Shown here: positions 41,970 to 51,506 of the stretch, one piece after another | Layout of the letters: the number at the start of each line of letters is the position of its first letter | How positions within the stretch are numbered: position 1 is the first letter of the stretch | Origin: Cyanobacteria bacterium J06626_4 | Lineage (GTDB): Bacteria > Cyanobacteriota > Cyanobacteriia > Phormidesmidales > Phormidesmidaceae | Direction: 5' to 3' | Assembly (NCBI GenBank): GCA_038523235.1 | Contig: JBCBJQ010000021.1 | Coordinates: forward strand, 8,249 to 72,248 | Length of the DNA stretch: 64,000 nucleotides | Notes under the pieces: model-generated | Told to the model about the DNA's origin: nothing | Database searches by the model: none | Seen by the model: only the letters and a program-made list of their open reading frames with translations | Position numbers and translations under genes: made by a program

Positions 41970-43214
41970 TCAAAACTTAACGGGCAGTCTCACCGTAAAA
42001 GTGGTGCCCACGTCTACCTTGCTGCTGACCTCAATGGTGCCATCGTGCAGATCGACAAACTGCTTGACGATGCTTAACCCCAGCCCCGTCCCCGGAATGT
42101 TGCTGACGTTGCGACCCCGCTGAAACGGTTCAAACAGATCGCGCCGATCGGCAAGCGGAATCCCCACCCCTTCATCTTGCACCTTCAAAATAACTTGCTG
42201 TCGGCGCTTGGTGAGCTTCAGCCAAATCGCTTTGTCATCCAGCGTGTAACGCATCGCATTCGAGAGCAGATTGCTGATGATCGATCGCAGCAGCCGTTCA
42301 TCGCCTTGAACCATAATTTGACGGCTCCGGCAAACCAGTTGAATCGAGGCCTGGGGTCGATAGTATTCCGGCTCGGCCAGCAAGCTCTGGCAAAAGCTCA
42401 CCAGTTCAACTGGGGTGGGGGCAATCTCCAATACCTTGGCTTCGATTTTGCCAATTACCAAGATGTCATCGATCATCTGGGTCATGCGTTCCACGTTTTC
42501 GTTAATGGCGCAAAGGTAATCGGCTTTTTCAGTGGGGGTGAGCTTTTTGTCGTAGCGATTTAGCGACGTCACCGAGAGTGCAATGTTGTTGAGGGGATTG
42601 CGAAACTCGTGGCAGACCATCGAGACAAAGCGCGATCGCAGCTCACTCAGTTCTCGCAGTTGCTGATTGGCTTGGCGCAGCTTGGCCGTGCGGGCCTGCA
42701 CCTTAAGTTCCAGTTCCTCGTTGTGGCGCTGTAGCACCGTCTCTGCCCACCGCCGCTGGGTAATATCTTGAAACGTCACGACAGCACCGACCAATTGCCC
42801 GGCCTCATCGCGCATGGGGGTGCTGATATATTCCACCGGAAAACTCGTGCCGTCTTTACGCCAAAACACCTCATCAGTGACGCGTCGTGTACTGCCATCT
42901 TGAAAGGCGGCGTAAATTGCACAGGCTTCACGCGGGTAGACACTGCCATCCGCATGGGAATGATGCAGCACTTTATGCATTGATTTGCCAATCAGCTCCT
43001 CAACGGGCCAATCGATCATGGCGGCTGCCGCCGGATTCACAAAGGTGACATTACCGGCTAGATCGAGACCATACACACCTTCTCCCACCGCGTTCAAAAT
43101 CAGCTGCTGCTGCCGCCGCAGCTGCTCTAAGGCTTGCACAACGGGTTCCTGAGATGGCAAGCGAGGCGAATCAGACAAATCAACAGCAGCCGATAGCCAA
43201 GGAGGAGAGGTCAT
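41970..43214 (-). CDS. Soluble PAS-domain sensor histidine kinase
   Basis: PAS (ILNAVGEGVYGLD..FVNPAA..FWRKDGTSFPVEY..FQDIT), H-box VCHEFRNPL, NLLSNAMRY, DEGVGIP, GTGLGL; no TM segment. Confidence 0.93.
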   Translation of the reverse strand: MTSPPWLSAAVDLSDSPRLPSQEPVVQALEQLRRQQQLILNAVGEGVYGLDLAGNVTFVNPAAAAMIDWPVEELIGKSMHKVLHHSHADGSVYPREACAIYAAFQDGSTRRVTDEVFWRKDGTSFPVEYISTPMRDEAGQLVGAVVTFQDITQRRWAETVLQRHNEELELKVQARTAKLRQANQQLRELSELRSRFVSMVCHEFRNPLNNIALSVTSLNRYDKKLTPTEKADYLCAINENVERMTQMIDDILVIGKIEAKVLEIAPTPVELVSFCQSLLAEPEYYRPQASIQLVCRSRQIMVQGDERLLRSIISNLLSNAMRYTLDDKAIWLKLTKRRQQVILKVQDEGVGIPLADRRDLFEPFQRGRNVSNIPGTGLGLSIVKQFVDLHDGTIEVSSKVDVGTTFTVRLPVKF

Positions 43215-43674
43215 GCCTGAGGTCAAAAAAGAAGTTTGCAGATCATCGTGCGAGTAGACAGCGGTACTCTTGCAGCCATCCTGACCGCTGGTTCAGAGAC
43301 CGGCAAGTTAGGGGGCAGAGAACTGGCCGGGTCGCGTGAATGCGCCCAGGGCAGCCCGACCCCGACCGCAGAGTTGCTCGCGGCGGAAAGGAATTTCCCG
43401 CCGACAAAGTGTAATGAAAGGCACCACAGCCTAACGACTGAACCCCTATGAAAGAAGAGCGCTGAAGAACAGCAAGACCCAGTCAAAAAGATGTTGCCCA
43501 GCTAACAGCTTTCGTGATTTCAGGAAACTGTCAGGTTCAAGTGTGAACAAGAGCAGGCCATCCGTCAACGTAGAAATCGATCCGTTTATTGGGGTTTCAC
43601 CCTTTAGAGTCGTCGAACTTCAACGGGTTCTGGGCATGAATTAAGCGGCCTAAAAGAGGTGTTTGAAAGTCATC

Positions 43675-44484
43675 ATGAAAACCGTACTCGTGATCGAGGA
43701 TGAGGTGCAGACTCGCAACATTTTCCTCAAATGTTTGGCGTTTGAAGGGTTTCGCGCCTGTGGTGCTCGCAACGGTTCAGAGGGGGTCAAAATGGCCACT
43801 GCTGACCAGCCTGATCTGGTGGTTTGTGACATCATGATGCCCGATATGGATGGCTATTCAGTGCTTAATCAGCTGCGGAGATCGCCCATCACGGCAATGA
43901 TTCCGCTGATCTTTTTGACGGCTAAAGTTACCATGGCCGAGCTGCGGTGCGGTATGGCGCTGGGGGCCGATGATTATTTAACGAAACCCTGTACGGTCGA
44001 GCAGTTTTTATCTGCGATCGCGGCGCGGCTGCAACGCCAAGAGCAGCTGCAACAGGGCTTTGATCAGGCGCAAATCGCTGGTCAGTCGACGGCCTCAACG
44101 ATTGCTGAGGCGACGTGCTTAGCCCCTGTTAGAGACGGCATTTTCCCTGACTGTGCGAAGCTCGCCGGGGTGTTTGAGTTTATTGAAACGCACTTTCGCG
44201 AAGCGGTTAATCTGAGCGATGTGGCCCAAACGATGGGGTATTCGCCAGCCTATCTAACCCATTTGGTGCAGGCTCAAACGGGTCACAGTATTAAGCGCTG
44301 GGTGATTGAACGGCGCATGGCGGAAGCCCGGCAACTGCTGCGATCGACCTCCGCGTCAATCAAACAAATTGCTGAACGTTCAGGCTATGGTGACGCCGGT
44401 TATTTCACCCGACAGTTTCGCCAATGCCACGGTGTTTCACCGCAAAATTGGCGGCAGCAGGCCGCCGCTGGCTTAACTCAATAA
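43675..44484 (+). CDS. Response regulator, REC + AraC-type HTH
   Basis: VLVIEDE, CDIMMPDMDG, FLTAK, GADDYLTKP; AraC region YSPAYLT, RMAEARQLL, GYGDAGYFTRQFRQCHGVSP. Confidence 0.93.
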   Translation: MKTVLVIEDEVQTRNIFLKCLAFEGFRACGARNGSEGVKMATADQPDLVVCDIMMPDMDGYSVLNQLRRSPITAMIPLIFLTAKVTMAELRCGMALGADDYLTKPCTVEQFLSAIAARLQRQEQLQQGFDQAQIAGQSTASTIAEATCLAPVRDGIFPDCAKLAGVFEFIETHFREAVNLSDVAQTMGYSPAYLTHLVQAQTGHSIKRWVIERRMAEARQLLRSTSASIKQIAERSGYGDAGYFTRQFRQCHGVSPQNWRQQAAAGLTQ

Positions 44485-44713
44485 CTTATGCGTCACTTGC
44501 GATCTCAGTGAGGGCAAGAATTAGCCCTGCCCTCATCTCTCTAGAAGCGTAAGTTACTGTTAGCGGTTCGCCGTTTTAAACTCTGGTGCTGGGGATATTT
44601 TGAGGCCCTCTCAAGAGCAGAATGTGAGCGGCTGAGATTCGTTTTTTGAGCTGTGCGCTAACTCTGAGGTCGCTGAATATTGCGCTTACGCGATGGCATC
44701 AACGGGCAGTTTC

Positions 44714-44729
44714 TGTAGCGGAATTAACA
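44714..44729 (+). promoter_or_regulatory. Possible NtcA-like site upstream of the cyn operon
   Basis: TGTA-GCGGAATT-AACA, one mismatch to TGTA-N8-TACA; a downstream -10 is weak. Confidence 0.3.
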
Positions 44730-44899
44730 AATCAAAGCCTGATTTTTGCGATTGAAATAAGTCCCCTAAAAAGTCCTATTTTTGCCAAAAATTCTCCAAT
44801 GACCTTCTCGTCAAGGGTTGATAGAGTCTCTAACTATATCGAGGCCCACTCAGTCACTGCTTAGGCTTTTGTGGCGTTTGGGTCGTTTGTTTCAGGTGG

Positions 44900-46555
44900 A
44901 TGATCGCTATGGTTTTAACTTCAGCAGCGCAAGCTTTCCAGAATTGGAATGGGCCTGGCAGCAGTTTTGGCAAACTCTCTAATCTGCCATCCCTCTGTGA
45001 CGTTTGTGGGGGGCAGCATAACAGCATGGCCCATTGGGAGTTTATGCAGTCGATGCCCGCCGATCCGGTTGATCTGGTGGACGACCTGGCCAAAATGGGG
45101 CTGTTCAAAGAGAATCAGTTGCGGGCAGCGGATGCAGTGAACGCTCGCGAGTTGAGAAAAACCCTCTTTTTGAAACGGGTCGGGCGGGGCGATCCCAAGC
45201 GCGAAAGGCTGATTTTAGAGCTATGTCGGCAGGCCGGTGGCTTAGATAATGCCTTTGCCGCCGCTTTTGGTCCCCAAGCCGGGCGCTTTTTTGGCGATTC
45301 GATTCGCAATGGGGAGACCAGCCGTCGCGAATTTTTACGCAACATGGCGGTGGGGGCGGCTTTAGTCACTTTGGCTGGCTGTGCCAGTGGCGGGGGTGAA
45401 CCGGCAGCTGACGAAGATGGCCCTGATGCACCAGTCGATGTCGAAGGGCTGGAAAAAACCGATCTGCAGATTGGGTTTATTCCCATTACCTGTGCCACGC
45501 CCATCATCATGTCAGAGCCCTTGGGCTTTTATGAAAAGTATGGCCTCACCGCTAAAGTCGTGAAGATGCCTAGCTGGGGCGCGGTGCGCGATTCGGCGAT
45601 CGCGGGTGAACTCGATGCTTATCACATGCTGGCCCCCATGCCAATTGCCATGACCTTGGGGCTCGGCTCTGCGCCCTTTGGCGTCAAGCTGGCCAGTATT
45701 GAAAACATCAACGGTCAGGCCATTACCGTGGCCGAGCGCCACAAAGGCAAAGTCAACGGCCCCGCCGACTTCAAAGGATTCACGATGGGGGTACCGTTCC
45801 CCTATTCCATGCACAACCTGCTGTTGCGCTACTACCTAGCGACCGGCGGTATCGACCCTGATGTGGATGTGCAGATTCGTCCGGTACCGCCGCCTGACAG
45901 CATTGCGCAGCTGATTGCCGGTGACATTGACGCCTACCTGATGCCTGATCCATTCAACCAGCGGGCCGTGTTCGAAGGGGCCGGTTTCATTCATATGCTG
46001 ACGAAGGATTTGTGGCCGGGTCACCCGTGCTGTGCCTTTGCCGCCAGCGACCAGTGGATTAACGATCATCCCAGTACCTTCCGTGCCCTCAACAAATCCA
46101 TCATTGAGGCAGCCGGCTACGCCAGCGATCCGGCTAATCGCATCGAGATTGCTGAGGCGATCTCTGAGCGGGCCTTTTTGAACCAACCGGTTGAAGTGGT
46201 GCAAGCGGTACTGACCGGCGATTTTGATGACGGCAACGGCAACACGCTCAGCATTCCTGATCGCATTGATTTTGACCCCTACCCATGGCAGAGCTTCGCC
46301 AACTGGATCTCGTCGCAGCTGGTGCGCTGGGATCTGCAGGGCGACGGGTTAGCGCCGAAGGCGATTCCAGAGCAGGGCTATGACACTGTCGGCAAAGACG
46401 TATTCTTGACCGACCTGGCCCGTGAGTTGTCCGAAGAGCTGGGTCAGAATCCCCCGTCCGACATTTATCGGACTGAGGAACTGATGTTTGACACCTTTGA
46501 TCCGGCGGATCCGGACACCTATGTGCAGCAGCAAATTGATGAGTATGGCGTCTAG
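44900..46555 (+). CDS. cynA: NrtA/CmpA-family ABC substrate-binding lipoprotein, probably cyanate-binding CynA
   Basis: GFIPITCATPII, ENINGQAIT, VPFPYSMHNLLLRYYLA, PDPFNQRA, WPGHPCC, RIDFDPYPW; internal Tat motif SRREFL and lipobox LAGC; operon ends in cynS. Confidence 0.8.
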   Translation: MIAMVLTSAAQAFQNWNGPGSSFGKLSNLPSLCDVCGGQHNSMAHWEFMQSMPADPVDLVDDLAKMGLFKENQLRAADAVNARELRKTLFLKRVGRGDPKRERLILELCRQAGGLDNAFAAAFGPQAGRFFGDSIRNGETSRREFLRNMAVGAALVTLAGCASGGGEPAADEDGPDAPVDVEGLEKTDLQIGFIPITCATPIIMSEPLGFYEKYGLTAKVVKMPSWGAVRDSAIAGELDAYHMLAPMPIAMTLGLGSAPFGVKLASIENINGQAITVAERHKGKVNGPADFKGFTMGVPFPYSMHNLLLRYYLATGGIDPDVDVQIRPVPPPDSIAQLIAGDIDAYLMPDPFNQRAVFEGAGFIHMLTKDLWPGHPCCAFAASDQWINDHPSTFRALNKSIIEAAGYASDPANRIEIAEAISERAFLNQPVEVVQAVLTGDFDDGNGNTLSIPDRIDFDPYPWQSFANWISSQLVRWDLQGDGLAPKAIPEQGYDTVGKDVFLTDLARELSEELGQNPPSDIYRTEELMFDTFDPADPDTYVQQQIDEYGV

Positions 46556-46583
46556 AGAGCGTCGTTAGGAGGAGGTTTTTCTG

Positions 46584-47423
46584 ATGGCTGTGAGCAAGTC
46601 CCCAACTAAACCGTTTTATGGAGGAGAATCCGAATCACTTTATCTGAACGAAAACGTTCGCGCCTTTTTACTGTTTGTGGGTTCACTCATCGCGTTTCTG
46701 CTGGTGTGGGAACTGGGCGCGCGGGCTGAGCTGTTTGCTAAGGGCTTTCCCACCGCGTTGACAACGATTAAGGAGCTGCGGTGGTGGCTGACGCATCCGT
46801 TTTTTAATAACGGCCCCAACGATTTAGGCATTGGGTGGAATCTGTTGATTAGCCTAAGGCGGGTGGCGATTGGCTACACGCTGGCTTCCCTCATCGCTGT
46901 ACCTTTGGGCATTTTGATTGGCATTTCGGCGATCGCCCAAAAGGCGTTTAACCCCTACATTCAGCTGCTGAAACCGGTGTCACCGCTAGCCTGGCTGCCC
47001 TTGGGTCTCTATATTTTTCGAGATTCTGAAAAAACCGGGGTGTTCATCATCTTAATTTCGAGCATTTGGCCCACCCTGATTAATACCGCCTTTGGGGTGG
47101 CCAACGTAGGTAAGGAGTATCTGGATGTCGCCGAAACCCTCGGGGCGTCACGGCTCCGCACCATTTTTAAGGTGATCATTCCAGCGGCGCTACCCAACAT
47201 CGTGTCGGGCTTGCGCATCAGCATGGGCATTGCCTGGTTGGTGATTGTGGCAGCGGAGATGCTGTTGGGTACCGGGTTGGGCTACTTCATCTGGAATGAG
47301 TGGAACAACTTGTACATGCCCAATATCTTGGTGGCCATTTTCATCATTGGCCTAGTGGGGTTGATTTTAGACAGTGGCTTTGCCGCCTTAGAAAAGTTTG
47401 TCGCGTTTGGTAGAAAGTCGTGA
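46584..47423 (+). CDS. cynB: NrtB-family ABC permease (cyanate transporter)
   Basis: PFFNNGPNDLGIGW, SLRRV, LKPVSPLAWLP, WPTLINTAFGV, WLVIVAAEML. Confidence 0.82.
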   Translation: MAVSKSPTKPFYGGESESLYLNENVRAFLLFVGSLIAFLLVWELGARAELFAKGFPTALTTIKELRWWLTHPFFNNGPNDLGIGWNLLISLRRVAIGYTLASLIAVPLGILIGISAIAQKAFNPYIQLLKPVSPLAWLPLGLYIFRDSEKTGVFIILISSIWPTLINTAFGVANVGKEYLDVAETLGASRLRTIFKVIIPAALPNIVSGLRISMGIAWLVIVAAEMLLGTGLGYFIWNEWNNLYMPNILVAIFIIGLVGLILDSGFAALEKFVAFGRKS

Positions 47424-48316
47424 GTGCTGCTGCTGTGAATCAAGCTATACCCATCGATACCTCAGAGACCTTTTCGGACTCAGCTCAGCTATCAGTTCGC
47501 CATGTAACCAAGGTCTTTCACGGCCAGAAAGATCTGTTTAGCAAGCTGTCGGGCAAGGCCTCTACTGACTTTATTGCGATCGAAGACATCAGTCTCGATA
47601 TTGAGCCCAACACCTTTGTCACCATCATCGGGCCATCGGGCTGCGGCAAATCGACGCTGCTCGACATGATTGCGGGGCTGTCGCCCACCACCGCTGGTGA
47701 GATTTTGCTCAATGGCATCCCCGTCACGGGGCCAGGCCCCGATCGCGGCATGGTGTTTCAAAACTATGCGCTGATGCCGTGGATGACCGTCGAAGAAAAC
47801 CTCAAATTTGCGGTAGAGACGGTCTATCCCAAGCTGTCGGCCCAACAGCTGCAGCGGGTGATCAAAGAGCATATTCAGCTGGTGGGGCTGACCGGGGCGG
47901 AACGCAAACATCCTCACGAGATTTCGGGGGGCATGCGGCAGCGCGTCGGCATTGCTCGGGCGCTGGCGATTAATCCGCAGATGTTGCTGATGGATGAGCC
48001 CTTTGGCGCGTTGGATGCGCTGACGCGAGGCTTTTTGCAGGATGAAATCGAGCGCATCTGGGAACAGCAGCGCAAGACCGTCATCATGATTACCCACAGC
48101 ATTGAAGAAGCGCTGCTGCTGTCCGATCGCATTGTGATGATGACGCGCGGCCCCGCGGCCCGCATCGACGAAATCCTCGACGTACCGTTTCCGCGCCCCC
48201 GTAACCGAGAAACGCTGGATCAGCATCCGGCTTATCACAACCTCAAGGCGGAGATGGAAAGCCATCTGTTTAGGGAAACGCGGGCGGTAGAAGAGGCGAG
48301 GATGGCGGGACGGTAG
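47420..48316 (+). CDS. cynD: NrtD-family ABC ATPase (cyanate transporter)
   Basis: GPSGCGKST, GPGPDRGMVFQNYAL, ISGGMRQRV, MDEPFGALDALTR; overlaps the cynB stop (GTGA). Confidence 0.82.
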   Translation: MSAAAVNQAIPIDTSETFSDSAQLSVRHVTKVFHGQKDLFSKLSGKASTDFIAIEDISLDIEPNTFVTIIGPSGCGKSTLLDMIAGLSPTTAGEILLNGIPVTGPGPDRGMVFQNYALMPWMTVEENLKFAVETVYPKLSAQQLQRVIKEHIQLVGLTGAERKHPHEISGGMRQRVGIARALAINPQMLLMDEPFGALDALTRGFLQDEIERIWEQQRKTVIMITHSIEEALLLSDRIVMMTRGPAARIDEILDVPFPRPRNRETLDQHPAYHNLKAEMESHLFRETRAVEEARMAGR

Positions 48317-48378
48317 AGAGTTTTGAATTCGGAGTTCAGAATTCAGAATTCGGAATTGGGAACGGAAGGCGGCTGTAG

Positions 48379-48643
48379 AACCTCACCTATCCTCTCCTTA
48401 TGAAGGAGAGGGACAAGAAGAAATGGCTCTAAACCTCTCCTTCGCAAGGAGAGGTGCTGCAGGCGGTGAGGTGCCTCTTAGCCAGCGGCGATCGAACCTC
48501 ACCTAGCCTCTCCTTCGAAAGGAGAAGAACAAGAGGAAACGGGCCTAAGCCTCTCCTTCGTAAGGAGAGGTGCCGCAGGCGGTGAGGTGCCTTCTAGCCA
48601 GTTGCGATCGAACCTCACCTAGCCTCTCCTTCGAAAGGAGAGG
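48379..48643. repeat. Tandem array (~2.3 units, 116-bp period) of the REP/MITE-like double-hairpin element
   Basis: Units start at 48379, 48495 and 48611 with AACCTCACC. Full units carry two CCTCTCCTT-NNN-AAGGAGA hairpins and end GCAGGCGGTGAGGT. Confidence 0.9.
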
Positions 48644-48755
48644 AATCAGAAACGGGTCTAAATTGTCGGCAACAGCCACCAGAGACTGCTGCATCAACGG
48701 CGGGCCGTTGCGGATTAAACGGTTTGTAAGTTTTATCGAATCAAAGGACAAGGAC

Positions 48756-49199
48756 ATGACAATTCCCGAAATTACTGAAAAGTTGTTGGCTGCGAAGAAA
48801 GCCTCGGGGCTCTCATTCGCTGACCTAGAAGCCAAGATGGGCTGTGACGAAGTGTGGATTGCATCGGTGTTTTATCGTCAGGCCAGTGCCTCTAAAGAAG
48901 AAGCGACCCAAATGGTCGAGGCGATTGGGGCTGATGCCTCCCTCATTGATGCCCTGATGGAGTGCCCGGTGAAAGGATCGCTAGATCCTGTCGTACCGAC
49001 CGATCCGCTGATTTATCGCTTCTACGAAATCATGCAGGTGTACGGCATGCCCATTAAAACTGTGGTGCATGAGAAGTTTGGCGACGGCATCATGAGCGCG
49101 ATCGATTTCACCATTGATGTCGAAAAGGAAGAAGACCCCAAGGGCGATCGCGTCAAAATCATCATGTGCGGCAAATTCCTGCCCTATAAGAAGTGGTAA
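48756..49199 (+). CDS. cynS: Cyanate hydratase (cyanase)
   Basis: [69 protein letters not shown] before ATG 48756. Confidence 0.97.
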   Translation: MTIPEITEKLLAAKKASGLSFADLEAKMGCDEVWIASVFYRQASASKEEATQMVEAIGADASLIDALMECPVKGSLDPVVPTDPLIYRFYEIMQVYGMPIKTVVHEKFGDGIMSAIDFTIDVEKEEDPKGDRVKIIMCGKFLPYKKW

Positions 49200-49247
49200 T
49201 TCACCGCTAACCTTTTACTCACAAACTCATCTGTAGGCAAATTTCCT

Positions 49248-49279
49248 GTGGCTGCTGGCCGTTCGTTAGCAGCCACTTT
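49248..49279 (+). terminator. Hairpin between cynS and the DUF1348 gene
   Basis: GTGGCTGCT...AGCAGCCAC followed by TTT. Confidence 0.4.
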
Positions 49280-49281
49280 CT

Positions 49282-49773
49282 ATGAGAACTGAACCCATGA
49301 CAACTGCTGCCAAAAAGTTAGTGCCCCCTTTTGATCGAGACATCGCGATCGCCAAAGTCCGCATGGCTGAAGATGCCTGGAACAGTCGCGATCCGGACCG
49401 CGTCGCGCTGGCCTATACCGAAGATAGTTTTTGGCGTAACCGCGCCGAAGTGTTTCAAGGTCGAGAGGCGATTCGCGCCTTTTTGCGCCGCAAATGGGAT
49501 AAAGAACTGGACTATCGCCTGGTCAAAGAAATGTGGGCCTTTGGCGAAAATCGCATTGCCGTGCGCTTTCAATACGAATGGCACGACGATGCCGAGCAGT
49601 GGTATCGTGCCTATGGCAACGAAAATTGGGAATTTGACGAAGGGGGGCTGATGCGCCGCCGCGAAGCCAGCATTAACGATCTTCCCATCACTGAGGCTGA
49701 ACGCCGCTTTCACTGGCCAACCACTGGCCCCCGCCCCGAAGATCATCCCGGCCTGATCAACTCCCCTGAGTGA
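49282..49773 (+). CDS. DUF1348 / SnoaL-like (NTF2-fold) protein
   Basis: [71 protein letters not shown]. Confidence 0.9.
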   Translation: MRTEPMTTAAKKLVPPFDRDIAIAKVRMAEDAWNSRDPDRVALAYTEDSFWRNRAEVFQGREAIRAFLRRKWDKELDYRLVKEMWAFGENRIAVRFQYEWHDDAEQWYRAYGNENWEFDEGGLMRRREASINDLPITEAERRFHWPTTGPRPEDHPGLINSPE

Positions 49774-49854
49774 TTGCCCCTCTCAATCCAGATTCTGGTA
49801 CCAGACTGATGATGATGAAGTAACACCAGTTTGGTACTGTATTATGGCAATTTT

Positions 49855-50838
49855 CTAAGCCACTGAGCCCGCCTGGAAGACCCGCCCAATCACCTCTTCA
49901 ATCGGCGGGTCGGTTACCGTTAGATCCTGCACCGAGAAATCAGCCAAAACGCGGGAAACCGTTTCGGTCAGGTCTTGCCGCTGCACGATCAGACTGACCG
50001 AGCAGCCTTCTACGCTTTCGACTTCGCCATAATGAGTCAGCTTGGCGGCATCAGTCGGCGTCGCCAGCTCCACCTTGACTTCCCGATAGGGGGCAAAGCG
50101 ATCTAGCAGGCCCTCTAACTGACCGTCATAGATCAGTTCCCCCTGGTAGATCAGTAGCACCCGATCGCACAGGGCCGTGATGTCGGCCATGTAGTGGCTC
50201 GTGAGCAAGATGGTGGCCTGATAGCGGCGGTTGTATTCCTTTAAAAATTCGCGGACAGCGACTTGGGCATTCACATCCAGCCCCAGCGTCGGCTCGTCTA
50301 AAAAGAGGACTTTGGGCCGGTGAATTAGGGCCGCCAGCATTTCGGCCTTCATCCGTTCACCGAGAGAAAGTTTGCGCACCGGCTGCCGCAGCTGCTCCGT
50401 GATGTCGAGCAGGGTGGCCAGCTCTGACACGCGATCGCGAAAGGTGCGATCGTCCAGGCCATAAATGGCACCGTTGATGCGCAGCGAATCCATCGCGGGC
50501 AGATCCCATAGGAGCTGTTGTTTTTGCCCCATCACCAACGTGATCTGCTGCAAAAAATCAGTCTGCCGTCGCACCGGCACCTGCCCGGCTACCGTCACCT
50601 GCCCGCTAGAGGGATAGATCAGCCCGGTGAGCATTTTGAGCGTGGTCGTTTTGCCCGCTCCGTTTGGCCCCAAAAAGCCCACCACCTCACCCGGTTCGAT
50701 CTGGAAAGAAACCTTTTTCACCGCTTCGACATAGCGATATTTACGGCGAAAAAAATGCTTTAACGTGCCCTTAAACCCCGGTTCTTTTAGAGCGATCGGA
50801 TAGACTTTGTTGAGCGCAGCGACGTCAATAATGGGCAT
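49855..50838 (-). CDS. ABC-2-type transporter ATP-binding protein
   Basis: GFLGPNGAGKTT, VMGQKQQLLWDLP, LSLGERMK, FLDEPTLGLD, LTSHYM. Confidence 0.92.
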   Translation of the reverse strand: MPIIDVAALNKVYPIALKEPGFKGTLKHFFRRKYRYVEAVKKVSFQIEPGEVVGFLGPNGAGKTTTLKMLTGLIYPSSGQVTVAGQVPVRRQTDFLQQITLVMGQKQQLLWDLPAMDSLRINGAIYGLDDRTFRDRVSELATLLDITEQLRQPVRKLSLGERMKAEMLAALIHRPKVLFLDEPTLGLDVNAQVAVREFLKEYNRRYQATILLTSHYMADITALCDRVLLIYQGELIYDGQLEGLLDRFAPYREVKVELATPTDAAKLTHYGEVESVEGCSVSLIVQRQDLTETVSRVLADFSVQDLTVTDPPIEEVIGRVFQAGSVA

Positions 50839-51143
50839 CTTGAGTAAGCAAGCCTCACGGCCAGAAGACACTTCTATTTAACCGTGAGTTTGACCACTTC
50901 ATCGGGGGTAAGCCCCCATCTCTGCCCTCATGGGGAGAACATGGCCAGCCCCGCATTATTGAGGATGGTTGATCAGCTCCAGCTAGGAGCGATCGCAGCG
51001 CGGATATGAGTTAGTGGCTCAAGCCAATCGATAAAGTGGTCAAATTCTGAAGTGATCGCTCTCAGAGGTGATATCTAGGCAACAGCAGCGATCGCGTCAC
51101 CTGCCTATCATGCTTATTCGTGCAATTAGGGAGTCTCAGTGCA

Positions 51144-51506
51144 ATGCCCATGAAACTAACGAGTACAGATAAAGACACCATTCGCCGAGTCATCATTGCT
51201 CAGATCGAAGCGTTTCAGTCCGATGATGGTATTCAAGCCTTTCTCTACGCGGCTCCCTCCATTCGCCAGCAATTCAAGAGCGTCGGCAATTTCATGCGAA
51301 TGGTGCGGAGTTCTTACCCCGCTATCTACCGGCCTCGCGGCGTGATTTTTAGCGAGCTGACTGAGATGCAGGGGTTTCCGGCCCAGTCGGTATTTTTGAT
51401 GTCTCAGGATAGCGACATCTTCAAGGCAGTCTATTTGATGGAGCAGCAGCCCTCTAAAGACTGGCGCATCGCCGGCTGTTTTTTGGTACCCCTGGAAGAA
51501 CTGTAA
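51144..51506 (+). CDS. DUF4864-like protein
   Basis: IRRVIIAQIEAFQSDD..AFLYAAPSIRQQF..FMRMVRSSYPAIYRP..YLMEQQP..WRIAGC. Confidence 0.8.
   Translation: MPMKLTSTDKDTIRRVIIAQIEAFQSDDGIQAFLYAAPSIRQQFKSVGNFMRMVRSSYPAIYRPRGVIFSELTEMQGFPAQSVFLMSQDSDIFKAVYLMEQQPSKDWRIAGCFLVPLEEL

Noticed and set aside
43227..43662. Structured RNA or small ORFs between the kinase and the regulator
   Set aside because: One GC-rich hairpin (~43381-43403), but no recognisable family, and the ORFs lack coding features.
47492..48265. Long antisense ORFs (also 3002-3526, 39671-40264, 52878-53420)
   Set aside because: Shadow frames of well-supported genes on the opposite strand, with no independent motifs.
48379..48643. 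CRISPR array
   Set aside because: Units are 116 bp, the intervening sequences resemble each other, there are only ~2.3 units and no cas genes.
48570..48755. N-terminal extension of CynS given in the ORF track
   Set aside because: It translates repeat DNA; the RBS and cyanase homology start at ATG 48756.
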